From Candidatus Poribacteria bacterium (GTDB taxonomy: Bacteria; Poribacteria; WGA-4E; PCPOR2b): a stretch of 64,000 nucleotides of DNA. The translations under genes and the position numbers were made by a program. The notes under the pieces were generated by a model. It saw only the letters and a list, made by a program, of their open reading frames with translations. It was not told the origin of the DNA and ran no database searches. Shown here in pieces: positions 1 to 9,580 of the stretch (position 1 is the first letter of the stretch; the number at the start of each line of letters is the position of its first letter). The DNA is taken from NCBI GenBank assembly GCA_965218095.1, contig OZ244587.1:2275928-2339927 (forward strand), given 5' to 3'.

Positions 1-1313
1 TTGTCAATGGTTATATTACCCTCAAGACCGATCTCCCCACAAGTCGTCACGCAGAGATCTTCCAGCAGACCGAAACCGTATTTGAAAAGGAGGGCAATCC
101 GGGGAATAACCTGGTGCCGCGAATTCCCGCGATTCAAGAAATCCTCGACCATCTGATTGTCGATGGTGCGCTGACTAGCCTTGTGGGGCCGAATTACTAC
201 ACGCATCCGCACCGTCACTGCCATTACAACCCCCCGGGAAGTAGTGGGCAGAATATGCACAAAGACAGTTGGACGCGACGACGCCATCACACCCGTTGGG
301 TGATGGCTTTGTACTATCCGCAGGATACCCCTGAAATTTTGGGGCCGACGGGGATTCTCCCGGGGAGCCAGTGTTGCAATAGCCACCCTGATAATGGTAA
401 AGCGGAGGTTCCACTCTGTGGAGAAGCAGGAACAGTTGCCATTGTCCATTATGATCTGTGGCATCGGGCAATGCCAAATCGCAGCGATAAGAAGCGGTAT
501 ATGATGAAATTCCTCTTTACCCGCATGGAGGAGCCACAGTATCCTTCTTGGAATAGCGATCAGGCGGAGTGGCAATCTGCCGGTAATGATGAACGTCAGA
601 CGATGTGGGAACATCTTTGGGATTGGCATTATGGAAAAAAGAACGGAGGGAACTCTTCGCACAAGGGCTCTGCGCCTGAGCACATCGAAGCCCTACGAAG
701 CGAATCTGAGTCGGCGTGCCTCAATGCCGCTTATGCGTTAGGTGCGATTGGTGCATCGGCCGTGCCAGCATTAATAGACACGCTGCAAGTGGAGTCGGAG
801 TCGGTGCGCCGCAATGCAAGTTATGCGTTGAGCACGATTGGTGAGCCGGCTGTACCAGCGTTGATAGCAGCATCAAGCGACAAAAATGGGTGGGTACGCG
901 CAAGTGCGGTTGATACATTGGGGGATATTGGACTCTCCGCTCAACAAGCCATATCTGTGCTAATTAAAGGATTACAGGACGAGTCGGAGGAGGTCCGTCG
1001 GAATGCGGCTGAAGCATTAGGGATAGTTGGGCAATCGTCTTCTACTGGTGTTCCTGCATTGGTAAGGGCATTGCACGATGCAGACGAGTGGGTTCGTCGA
1101 AATGCGTCGCTTGCATTGGCTCGGATGGGGTCATACGCAAAGGACGCCGTTCCCGTATTGAAAGCAGCATTGAGAGATGAAAATCAGTATGTTCGCGCCA
1201 ATGTTGCTCATACGCTTCATCAAATCGGAACACCTGAAACGAAAGAGGTTCTGCTCCGCTTCCTCATGACGTCACGGTGGTGCCCATTGACCACACCGGA
1301 AAGTACTTATTAG
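1..1313 (+). CDS. PhyH (phytanoyl-CoA dioxygenase)-like domain fused to C-terminal HEAT / PBS-lyase-type repeats; 5' end off the window
   Basis: Frame 3 is open from nt 3 (VNGYITLKTDLPTSRHAEIFQQTE...), so the listed GTG at 114 is probably internal. The C-half has about 6 repeats of the form VRRNAsYALg-IG--AVPALI. Stop is TAG. Confidence 0.7.
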   Translation, partial: VNGYITLKTDLPTSRHAEIFQQTETVFEKEGNPGNNLVPRIPAIQEILDHLIVDGALTSLVGPNYYTHPHRHCHYNPPGSSGQNMHKDSWTRRRHHTRWVMALYYPQDTPEILGPTGILPGSQCCNSHPDNGKAEVPLCGEAGTVAIVHYDLWHRAMPNRSDKKRYMMKFLFTRMEEPQYPSWNSDQAEWQSAGNDERQTMWEHLWDWHYGKKNGGNSSHKGSAPEHIEALRSESESACLNAAYALGAIGASAVPALIDTLQVESESVRRNASYALSTIGEPAVPALIAASSDKNGWVRASAVDTLGDIGLSAQQAISVLIKGLQDESEEVRRNAAEALGIVGQSSSTGVPALVRALHDADEWVRRNASLALARMGSYAKDAVPVLKAALRDENQYVRANVAHTLHQIGTPETKEVLLRFLMTSRWCPLTTPESTY

Positions 1314-1323
1314 CAAACGGAGG

Positions 1324-1351
1324 GGATGAAGAATGGGTAAATGAGGAATGT
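1324..1351. repeat. Heptamer array GGATGAA GAATGGG TAAATGA GGAATGT, 11 nt after the stop codon
   Basis: Period-7 units read directly. Same family as the arrays at 44107, 54574, 34596 and 29233. Confidence 0.45.
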
Positions 1352-1483
1352 CTTCCCCAGTTTATTTACAATATTCCCGAAAGTACCTGATCGCTAGGCT
1401 TCTTAATGTCTCTACTTCAGCCTAGTAATCATCAATACACACGATAATTAGTTCACTCATTTTCATCCCTATCAGGAATAGCC

Positions 1484-2773
1484 CTACCCTGCACCGGTAT
1501 AATAATCCTTTGTTCCCTTCGACGCAACAGCTTCCCCAATGCGGTTGAGGGCATGGACATAAGCAGCGGTTCGCATCGAGCTCGACTTTTCCTCCGCAAT
1601 TGCCCAGATCCTTTCGGTCTCTTCAAGTATCCGCTCTTTTAATCGGGCATTTACCTCATCTAATTTCCAATAAAGCCCCATACGATTTTGCACCCATTCA
1701 AAGTAGCTCACCGTGACGCCACCGGCATTGGTCAAGATATCGGGAACGACGAGAGTTCCTTTCCGTTCAAGGATTTCATCGGCAGCCGCAGCAGTGGGCC
1801 CGTTCGCCACTTCAAAAATCAATTTCGCTTTCACGTCATCCGCATTCGCAGCCGTAATCTGATTTTCTAGCGCCGCTGGAATCAGCATATCGACATCCAG
1901 GGTCAAAAGCTCTTCATTACTAATGACATCGTGTTCGACAATGTTGCAAACGGTTCCTTCACAGTAGACCGCTTTGAGGTGTCGAGTGGACTCTTTGAAG
2001 TGCTTGATACTGGGGATATCCAATCCGTTTTTGGCATAGATTGCGCCTTTGGAATCACTGACGGCAACGATTTTATAGCCGCCGTTGAATAATAACTCCG
2101 CCAGGATTGACCCCGCATTTCCAAATCCCTGAATGGCAACCGTTGTTGATTCCGGAGAACGGTTGACCTTCGGCATCAAAGCGCCGATGACAGAGAAAGC
2201 GCCCATAGCGGTTGCCGTATCTCGCCCTGAACTCCCACCCATGGTTAAGGGTTTTCCTGTGATGACCGCCGGACTGATCTGTCGTTTAATGATGCTGTAT
2301 TCATCCATCATCCAGCCCATAATCATCGGATTGGTATAAACGTCCGGGGCTGGAATATCAACATCGGGCCCGATGAAATCGGCAACCGCATCAATATATC
2401 CACGACTGAGCCGTTCCAATTCAAATTTCGAGAGGGATTTTGGATCAACGGTAACGCCTCCCTTAGCGCCACCGAAGGGCAGGTTTAACGCCGCACACTT
2501 AAAGGTCATCCAGAAAGCCAACGATTGAACTTCATCAATGGAAACATTGGGGTGGTAGCGGATGCCGCCTTTCGTAGGTCCCCGCGTATCATCGTAGCGA
2601 ACACGATAGCCGGGGAAGATTCTTAAATTCCCGTTGTCCATCCGAACCGGGATGGAAAACTTCAAACTCAATTTCGGTAATTTCAGCCGTTCGATGGCAT
2701 CCTCCGAAATCTTCGCGTGATTGAGCGCGCTTTGAAGTCGTTGACTTGCATCAGCAAACAATGATTCTGACAT
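1484..2773 (-). CDS. gdhA: Glutamate dehydrogenase (Glu/Leu/Phe/Val dehydrogenase family)
   Basis: 429-aa ORF with the catalytic-Lys signature LPFGGAKGGV and a GFGNAG dinucleotide-binding motif. ATG at 2773. Confidence 0.9.
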   Translation of the reverse strand: MSESLFADASQRLQSALNHAKISEDAIERLKLPKLSLKFSIPVRMDNGNLRIFPGYRVRYDDTRGPTKGGIRYHPNVSIDEVQSLAFWMTFKCAALNLPFGGAKGGVTVDPKSLSKFELERLSRGYIDAVADFIGPDVDIPAPDVYTNPMIMGWMMDEYSIIKRQISPAVITGKPLTMGGSSGRDTATAMGAFSVIGALMPKVNRSPESTTVAIQGFGNAGSILAELLFNGGYKIVAVSDSKGAIYAKNGLDIPSIKHFKESTRHLKAVYCEGTVCNIVEHDVISNEELLTLDVDMLIPAALENQITAANADDVKAKLIFEVANGPTAAAADEILERKGTLVVPDILTNAGGVTVSYFEWVQNRMGLYWKLDEVNARLKERILEETERIWAIAEEKSSSMRTAAYVHALNRIGEAVASKGTKDYYTGAG

Positions 2774-2784
2774 TAGTTTTTTCC

Positions 2785-3162
2785 CTATCTACTTCCGCCT
2801 TGAGCCAGCGCAAACTCGCCAATATGGTAGCTATGGCAATGCAGACAGTTGGATTTCGCTTTTTTAGCGTTGTGGCACTTGGCGTAAGCGCGTTTCGCTA
2901 TTGGCTCATAATTACTTATTGGCTCATCATTACTGACGAACACAGCCGGATCGGGCTTCTCGTAAATTGCTTTGAGCGCATGGTTATCGAAATCCGTGTC
3001 AGGGAAATGACAAGTTAATGCCTCAGGACCACGGTTCGTGAGATTATACACGAGACGCTTGACTCCCCAAACAATACGTTCAACGGCCATAAGTTCGTCA
3101 TCATCGGCGTCCGACAAGTCGAACGCATCCAGATCCAAAAATACCTCACAGGTCTTCAGCAA
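2785..3162 (-). CDS. Hypothetical protein with an acidic N-terminus and a C-terminal CxxCH motif
   Basis: 125-aa ORF packed between the nitroreductase stop (3169) and gdhA start (2773). C-terminus reads KCHNAKKAKSNCLHCHSYH. No signal peptide seen and no family recognised. Confidence 0.4.
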   Translation of the reverse strand: MLKTCEVFLDLDAFDLSDADDDELMAVERIVWGVKRLVYNLTNRGPEALTCHFPDTDFDNHALKAIYEKPDPAVFVSNDEPISNYEPIAKRAYAKCHNAKKAKSNCLHCHSYHIGEFALAQGGSR

Positions 3163-3168
3163 AATTAG

Positions 3169-3738
3169 TCAGGCTGTCCACCGAGTCACTTCACTCAGGG
3201 ACTTTCGTTTCGGTGACGGGACCTCGGCAGGGTAGCCGACGTAGAGAAATCCGACGATATATTCCTTTTTCGGGTCGATCCGAAGTCGGCGATACGTTGC
3301 TTCTTCATGCGTGAGGGTGCCTGTGCTCCACTGCATCCCAACGCCTTCCTCCCATGCGGCGAGTTGGATATTCAGCATCGCACAGCAGGTCGCCGCGTAA
3401 TCCTCCCGACGGCGTTGTTCATCCCCTTCTTGCACGCAGGATACGGCGACAATCGTCGGCTTGCCCATCAACTTCTTGAACCCTGCTGCACCGATCTTCT
3501 CTCGGTTTTCTTGATCGACATGAGCGGCGGCTTTCTCCATCTGGATTTCTTGATACCGTTTGGCGAGTTCTAATTTTGTCTGCTCACCAACCACAGTGAA
3601 CCGCCACGGTTCGGTGAGGTGATGATTGGGTGCCCAGATACCAAAGCTAAGAACCCTTTCGATGACATCTTTAGCAACGAAGTCGGGTTTGAACTGGAAA
3701 ATTGTGCGACGGAATTGAATTGCCTCTGTAACTGTCAC
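3169..3738 (-). CDS. Nitroreductase family protein
   Basis: N-terminus AIQFRRTIFQFKPDFV...APNHHLTEPWRF is typical of NAD(P)H nitroreductases. GTG start is preceded by AGGAGG. Confidence 0.8.
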   Translation of the reverse strand: MTVTEAIQFRRTIFQFKPDFVAKDVIERVLSFGIWAPNHHLTEPWRFTVVGEQTKLELAKRYQEIQMEKAAAHVDQENREKIGAAGFKKLMGKPTIVAVSCVQEGDEQRRREDYAATCCAMLNIQLAAWEEGVGMQWSTGTLTHEEATYRRLRIDPKKEYIVGFLYVGYPAEVPSPKRKSLSEVTRWTA

Positions 3739-4094
3739 AATAAACCTCCTGTGGGATTAAAATTTATATTTTCTTAATACGATGATTTGTAATATTGCTT
3801 CTGAAGCTGTACCATTGTTGAATCTCTCAAGGCCTGATTTTGTCCGGGGGATGCAACCCCTTGCAAACCTGTAGGTAAGCAAAAGACAAATATCATTTTA
3901 CCAGAATTCAGATAAAAATCAAGCCAAAAATAACTTGACTGTTAAATGAGCAAAAGGAATACAAAGGTTCAAAGCTAAGTGTCCTTGCGTCTTTGTATCC
4001 TGCATCTCTCTTCACGTCATGAACGCCTCTTTGGCACTGTGCAGATTTTCTACTATGAGAAGATCTCGTTTGATTGCACACTATCTATTGACCC

Positions 4095-4916
4095 TCAATC
4101 TCCCCAGCGATCCAGCCCCAACAACTTTCGCCCCAACGGGGTCAATTCTGCGGTCTGACCGCTTTCATGTTCCTTCTCTTTTCGCTCGCCGCCAAATCCT
4201 GCCATACGATTCCGCCATCCATTGATCCGCCGGTTACGTCCTTCTTCGTTGTCTTCTCCCGATGGCGACATGGTGATGTATTGTGCCACCCGCGGACGAT
4301 CTGCCGTGTTCGAGCCAGCACCGTGGGGTAGGGCGCTGTTCCAGATGATCAGGTCGCCAGCCTTTCCCACGACAGGTTGGGGACCGAGACTTTCCAGATC
4401 TTGCTTCCGCGGGTCAGCACCCGATGGCAGGCTCCGAATCCATGCCTCAATCTGCCAGTGGAATCCCGGCACACAGGTGAATGCGCCCTGGTTCGCTGCT
4501 GTGTCAGTCAGATACAGCACGCCCTGCACATGAAAGCGAATCGGCAGATCTATCGACATATCCCAATGCAGACTTGCGCTGTTGCGTTCCCATTTCGGAG
4601 GGCGATTGGGCGGACTCATGCTGGCGCGGTCGAAGCTGCCCCAAAGTTCCTCTGTGCTCCAGATCTCGGAAAAGGCCTGGTGAACACGGGGATATTGGCG
4701 ATTATCCCACAATGCTTGATGTTGATAGATCTCCACCATAATGCTGCGCCTTGGCGGATCAGGATACCAACTCCTTGGGTTGTCCGCATCCATTCCGAGA
4801 AACTCCCAGACAGCCTGCTGAGCCGCTTTCACATTTTCTGGGGGAACAGCGTTGTGAATGACGACATAACCACTTTCTTCCCAAAAAGCTAGATCTTCTG
4901 CACTTAAAACCGGCAT
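4095..4916 (-). CDS. PhyH-family Fe(II)/2-oxoglutarate dioxygenase
   Basis: LSAEDLAFWEESGYVVIHNAV... N-terminus, with HWD and a later ALPHGAGSN motif. Start moved to the ATG at 4916, which has AAGGAG 6 nt upstream. Confidence 0.75.
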   Translation of the reverse strand: MPVLSAEDLAFWEESGYVVIHNAVPPENVKAAQQAVWEFLGMDADNPRSWYPDPPRRSIMVEIYQHQALWDNRQYPRVHQAFSEIWSTEELWGSFDRASMSPPNRPPKWERNSASLHWDMSIDLPIRFHVQGVLYLTDTAANQGAFTCVPGFHWQIEAWIRSLPSGADPRKQDLESLGPQPVVGKAGDLIIWNSALPHGAGSNTADRPRVAQYITMSPSGEDNEEGRNRRINGWRNRMAGFGGERKEKEHESGQTAELTPLGRKLLGLDRWGD

Positions 4917-5076
4917 GTTTTTCTCCTTAACAGTAATCAATTCTTCCTTGGTTAATAATCCGCCTCCGTGAAACATGCTGCCAAGGCTTCATTAGACATA
5001 AGTCCATATAGGGTGAAAATAAACGAATCTTTTTTCGCTAACGACGCAAATATCGAGCAGATCGCAACCGCCTTCT

Positions 5077-5958
5077 TCAGCGGCTGCGGTTCTGTCCGCC
5101 GTCAAGCCCCATCTCTTCAAGACCGTTTGCTGTTAAGAGACGAATGCCCAGTTGATCTAGTTCTTCCTCTCTGGTCACTCTGTGAATTTGCTCGGTTACG
5201 GATTGAGGAGGCTGTCCAAATTTTTCGACAAGTAGCCGAATCAGGAAGGACTGTTTCTCTTGTTGGAGTCCTTGCTGGAGTCCCTCCTCAATCCAATCGG
5301 TGATAAAACCGGACTGACGCATCTGTTCCACCTCCTCTCTGAAGAATTCCCATAACCAATCGAGATCAAAATAACGGGACGCGATCATCACCACCGTCGC
5401 CAATGAATCTGCCCGTTTCTGTGGGGCAGTTTCTTGCAAAATCAGTTCCTTCTCTTGATGCAGCACTGCTTCAGTCTTCTCCCGTTCCAACATAATCAAG
5501 AGTGGGGCAAACTCCCTTAGCTCTCCAGAACGAATGCGGTCCTCATAATCCCACAGTTTTAAGATCGGATAGGTGAACCGGTGGATGACCTATTCTCCGA
5601 TTTGAACGACATATTCGCCAGGAGGGTCTGACTCCCGCCACTCCAGATACAACACGATAGTAATTGTCGGCTTCTTATGCTGATCTGTCAGTTCTGCCGA
5701 GAAGGTAAACACATCACGGGGGTAATCAGTCCTGTGTCGGAATTGGAATTCAAAGTGAAGCAGATACTCTTCATCTCCGACCCGAAGTCGATGGAGAAAG
5801 TCGGTGCGGCGATCTGGCAGGGTGATCTCGACGTTTTCAAGGATCCCAACTAGTTGGAAATTGGAATCGGGAAAAGCGAGTTTCAGAAACGACTCTGCGT
5901 AATGCCGTCCCAGAATCTTCAGAACGCGGTCGAAAAGATTGATATTCCTTGATGCCAC
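5077..5958 (-). pseudogene. Rpn-family recombination-promoting nuclease / putative transposase (PD-(D/E)xK plus DUF4351-like tail), interrupted by one in-frame TAG
   Basis: ORFs 5590..5958 and 5077..5499 are in the same frame. Hand translation across the gap gives ...VVQIGE*VIHRFTYPILKLWDYEDRIRSGELREFAPLLIMLERE with TAG at 5590..5592. The RTDFLHRL...LLHFEFQ motif is typical of the family. Confidence 0.7.
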
Positions 5959-5986
5959 TATAGGATACTCCTGTCGTAGTGCAGGT

Positions 5987-7867
5987 TTATTTCCGTCTTA
6001 CTATCTCTGGATACGTCTCCAACGCCTGAAACCACTGTTTGAGATTTGAAACCCGTTGTGCAAATTCGACAGAGGCTTTGAGGGGACGACCCCGTGTGTC
6101 CACCACCAGACCCACTACACCCCCTGTGACCTCTGCTTCGATCGCCCCTCCACGCCCGCCGCCCATATCGAAACGGCGATCAGGTTGGAGGCTCACTCTG
6201 GCTTTTTCACCGATGCCGAGTGGAAGTAAGCGCAATTCGCCAAACGGCACGTCTTCGGATAGCGTCCCTTTACCGGGAATTCTTGCTGTGATCTCCACGC
6301 ACGGTTCACCAGGCTTGCTGGTGCCGACGGGGGCGATGCAGGCACCCAAATGGATGAGGCAGTCGCGTTCAAAGACCTGCGTTGCTGCCGCTTCGTTGAC
6401 CTGTGCAAGGACGCCGAGTTGGGGCATCATAAAGATACTATCAATGGCGAGGTGGGTAATCCCTTCCGGCTGAAAGGCGTCGATCATCATCAACATTGAC
6501 TGTTGCCGACGTGGGGCGTGGGAAAGCACACCGCCGCTCCCGACAATCAGATCCAACGATAGCATGTCCACAAGCGTCCCGCCGGTCTCAGATTGGGAGA
6601 AGGCTTCGGAGATGGTGCGCTGCTGCTGCACGCCGCGCAATTCGACTGCAAGCTGTTTGTGCTGATCGAATGCCAACCGCAAGGCTTCGCGCGCGATGGC
6701 TTGCTCGATCATCAGTTCTTCAAGGGTCTGCGGAATCGTCGTCGGGCGAATCATCTTGTTCTTGATCCGATTCCCAAGGTCGCTGATATTTATGTTAAAC
6801 GGCACCCAGCGTAAGATATTTTCCGTCCCCGCCTCCGCGAGGACGTTGGAGATGCTGTAACTCATCCCCAGATTGGCGCTCACCGTGCGGTTAAAGATCG
6901 CCTCATTTTCCTGATTTCTGAAGACCGAGAACACATCAGTCGTTGCGCCCCCGATGTCCACACCGACCACCTGGATATTTTGCTGCGCTGCGATCGTTTG
7001 CATAATCGCTCCGACGGCACCGGGAGTTGGCATAATCGGCGCATCTGTCCAGGAAATCAGTTTTTTGTAGCCGGGGGCGTGCGCCATGACATGCTCAAGG
7101 AATTGCTCTTGGATCTTCAGACGGGTCGGCATCAGATTTTCGCGTTCTAGTACGGGACGTAGATTATCTACAATTTCCAACGCCATTTTATCGCCAAGCT
7201 GCTCGCCGACAACCTCGTTGGCATCCTTGTTTCCTGCGTAGATCACCGGCAATTCGTAGCTCACGCCTAAACGGGGTTTTGGATTTGCCGCGGCAATGAC
7301 TTCTGCTAATTCCGCGACATGAGAGGTTGTCCCACCATCAACGCCGCCTGAGAGAAGAAGCATATCCGGACGTAGATGGCGGATGCGCTCGATCTTCTCA
7401 TGGGACAACCGCTTATCGTTGGAAGCAATCACGTCCATGACAATCGCACCCGCGCCAAGCGCCGCCCGTTCTGCGCTCTCGGCAGTAAGATTGCGCACCA
7501 CACCCGCGACCACCATCTGCAACCCACCGCCTGCGCTGCTGGTCGAGATATACGCATCAACGCCTTCATCACCCCCGATGGAATCAGGACTCGAAGCAGC
7601 ACGCTGCGGTTTGATGATCTGTCTGTCCTTCAAGAACTTGCGTCCAGCGAGCTCTTCGACCTCCGTGATTGCGTTGATTACCCCGGTGGTGACATCCTCA
7701 ACCGGTGCCTCAACAGTCGTTGGCGCCTCGCCGCGAACGACGAGATGGTATTCATCGCCACGCTTCTCAATCAAAATCGCTTTCGTCGTGGTGCTGCCAC
7801 AATCTGTTGCAAGGATTGAGCGCATCTCCTGTGGCTGGTTTGGCATACTACCCTTTCTCCTCTCCAT
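5987..7867 (-). CDS. Glutamate-mutase-L (MutL/GlmL)-like ASKHA-fold ATPase family protein
   Basis: 626-aa ORF. N-terminal DCGSTTTKAILIE and later VGVDIGGATTD phosphate-binding motifs are typical of the MutL (PF13941-like) family. Confidence 0.65.
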   Translation of the reverse strand: MERRKGSMPNQPQEMRSILATDCGSTTTKAILIEKRGDEYHLVVRGEAPTTVEAPVEDVTTGVINAITEVEELAGRKFLKDRQIIKPQRAASSPDSIGGDEGVDAYISTSSAGGGLQMVVAGVVRNLTAESAERAALGAGAIVMDVIASNDKRLSHEKIERIRHLRPDMLLLSGGVDGGTTSHVAELAEVIAAANPKPRLGVSYELPVIYAGNKDANEVVGEQLGDKMALEIVDNLRPVLERENLMPTRLKIQEQFLEHVMAHAPGYKKLISWTDAPIMPTPGAVGAIMQTIAAQQNIQVVGVDIGGATTDVFSVFRNQENEAIFNRTVSANLGMSYSISNVLAEAGTENILRWVPFNINISDLGNRIKNKMIRPTTIPQTLEELMIEQAIAREALRLAFDQHKQLAVELRGVQQQRTISEAFSQSETGGTLVDMLSLDLIVGSGGVLSHAPRRQQSMLMMIDAFQPEGITHLAIDSIFMMPQLGVLAQVNEAAATQVFERDCLIHLGACIAPVGTSKPGEPCVEITARIPGKGTLSEDVPFGELRLLPLGIGEKARVSLQPDRRFDMGGGRGGAIEAEVTGGVVGLVVDTRGRPLKASVEFAQRVSNLKQWFQALETYPEIVRRK

Positions 7868-8150
7868 CTAGTTTTTCAATCAGTTGGGTGAGCAACTCAA
7901 CGTTTGCATCCTTTTCGATAATCAAAGCAAATTTCTGGTATTCAGCGGTGTTAAAAATCGATTGCACAAATGGATTAAGCGCAATAAGTATTTGACTGCC
8001 GAGAAAGTTGAGCGGTTTACAGATCTCAAGGAATAAAATCACCGGCACGGTCAACCGTCGCTTCACAATCTGTCTCGCAACCTTCGTAAGGAGCGTCTCC
8101 TGCTCATCCAGGGAAATTTCATCAAGGGTCAGTGGTATATATTTGATCAT
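7848..8150 (-). CDS. Hypothetical small protein, overlaps the start of the MutL-like gene by 20 nt
   Basis: 100-aa ORF with one hydrophobic stretch (VPVILFLEICKPLNFLGSQILIAL). No family recognised. Confidence 0.35.
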   Translation of the reverse strand: MIKYIPLTLDEISLDEQETLLTKVARQIVKRRLTVPVILFLEICKPLNFLGSQILIALNPFVQSIFNTAEYQKFALIIEKDANVELLTQLIEKLDGEEKG

Positions 8151-8188
8151 TTTGTCAGTAAAATAGGGAACAGAGATCCCAGGAATTT

Positions 8189-9160
8189 TCAGCCCTGAAC
8201 AAGCTCCAAGACCATTTTTTCTAAATCCGACTCGCCATTTATAATCTGGTTGACGATTTCACAAACACGCAACCGGACACCTGATTGGCTTGCTAATGCG
8301 GTCACAGCGTCGGACGATGCCACTCCTTCGGCGACGCTTGTCCGTTTTTCCAAAACCTGCTCCAGCGTTTCCCTCTGTCCCAGCGCATAGCCCAAAGACA
8401 TATTGCGTGAGCTCCGGCTGCCGCAGGTCAGAATCAGGTCGCCAACGCCGCACGGCTCCATCACCGTTTCCGGTTTGCCGCCTTTGGCGACGCACAACTG
8501 TCTAATCTCCACCAGACCTTCGGCAATCAACGCGGCCTTCGCACTTTCTCCTAGCCCTTTGCCTTCGACGATACCGCAGGCGATAGCAATCACGTTTTTC
8601 ACGGCGCCGCCGATCTGGGCACCTATCACATCACCGGAATGGTGGATGCTGAATCTCGGATGCTCTACCGCGCGAGCAAGCTGTTTACCAGGCACCACAT
8701 TGTTATAGGCGATCGTCACCGAAGCCGGAAGCCCCTTTGCCACTTCAGCCGCAAAGGTGGGTCCGCTGAGTATAGCCAGCGGATTGGGAAGTGTTTCCTC
8801 CACCACCTCGCTCATCAGTTTCAAACTTTGTTGTTCTATCCCTTTACTACAAATAACCAGAGGAAGAGAGGCATCCAGCCCGTCTGAATACAGTCGCTCG
8901 CAGGTGGCGCGCAGGTACTGGGCAGGCACCACCAAAAACAGTACGTCCTGCTGTAGCATCGTGCCCAAATCATTGGTGGCATGAACCCCGAAGGGAAGTT
9001 CAATGCCGGAAAGGAACATCGTGTTTTCGTGCTGTGCATTGATAGACGCTACGACCTCTGGTTCCCGCGCCCATAAGGTGACCTCACGGCCAGCACGATA
9101 TGCTGTAACAGCCAATGCCGTCCCCCACGCCCCGGCGCCCACTATCCCGACTTTCTTCAT
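8189..9160 (-). CDS. gpsA: NAD(P)H-dependent glycerol-3-phosphate dehydrogenase
   Basis: MKKVGIVGAGAWGTALA Rossmann N-terminus and a GAVKNVIAIA motif. Start moved from 9226 to the internal ATG at 9160. Confidence 0.85.
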   Translation of the reverse strand: MKKVGIVGAGAWGTALAVTAYRAGREVTLWAREPEVVASINAQHENTMFLSGIELPFGVHATNDLGTMLQQDVLFLVVPAQYLRATCERLYSDGLDASLPLVICSKGIEQQSLKLMSEVVEETLPNPLAILSGPTFAAEVAKGLPASVTIAYNNVVPGKQLARAVEHPRFSIHHSGDVIGAQIGGAVKNVIAIACGIVEGKGLGESAKAALIAEGLVEIRQLCVAKGGKPETVMEPCGVGDLILTCGSRSSRNMSLGYALGQRETLEQVLEKRTSVAEGVASSDAVTALASQSGVRLRVCEIVNQIINGESDLEKMVLELVQG

Positions 9161-9580
9161 ATCTGCCTCTACGTTCTTTTCGCCATAGGAGATGTGATTA
9201 AAATGATAAACATGGTAGGGATCCAATGATGCCTATTCGATCCTCGCAAGGAATACCTCCTGCTCGTTTTGGGGGATTTCATTTTGCCAGAAGCCAGGCG
9301 AATCGGGTGGTAATCTTTCAAGCAGATTCGGAATTTAAACTGAAAAACAAAAAGGGGAAAGGGGGAAAGCGAGATAAGTTAAACCATCTCTGATTTCCCG
9401 AAAGGAGAGTTTGCAAATGCAACTTGATAGACTAGGGCGTGTTGACAAACTAAAGATGGCGCGGCAGAATCCCGATTCATCGGGACTCTGCCAGACCTTT
9501 CTGTTTCTATGATTTCCGCGGTTTGTCAGCAAAGTAGAGAGGAAATTAGAAAATCTTAGCATGGTAAACTTCGACTGGCA

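Noticed and set aside
9441-9492. TTGACA-containing promoter plus the GGCAGAATCCCGAT/ATCGGGACTCTGCC hairpin between gpsA and the transketolase-like gene as an sRNA.
   Set aside because: The -10 candidate (CAGAAT) is poor and no terminator T-run follows in either orientation. It is noted only as an isolated hairpin.
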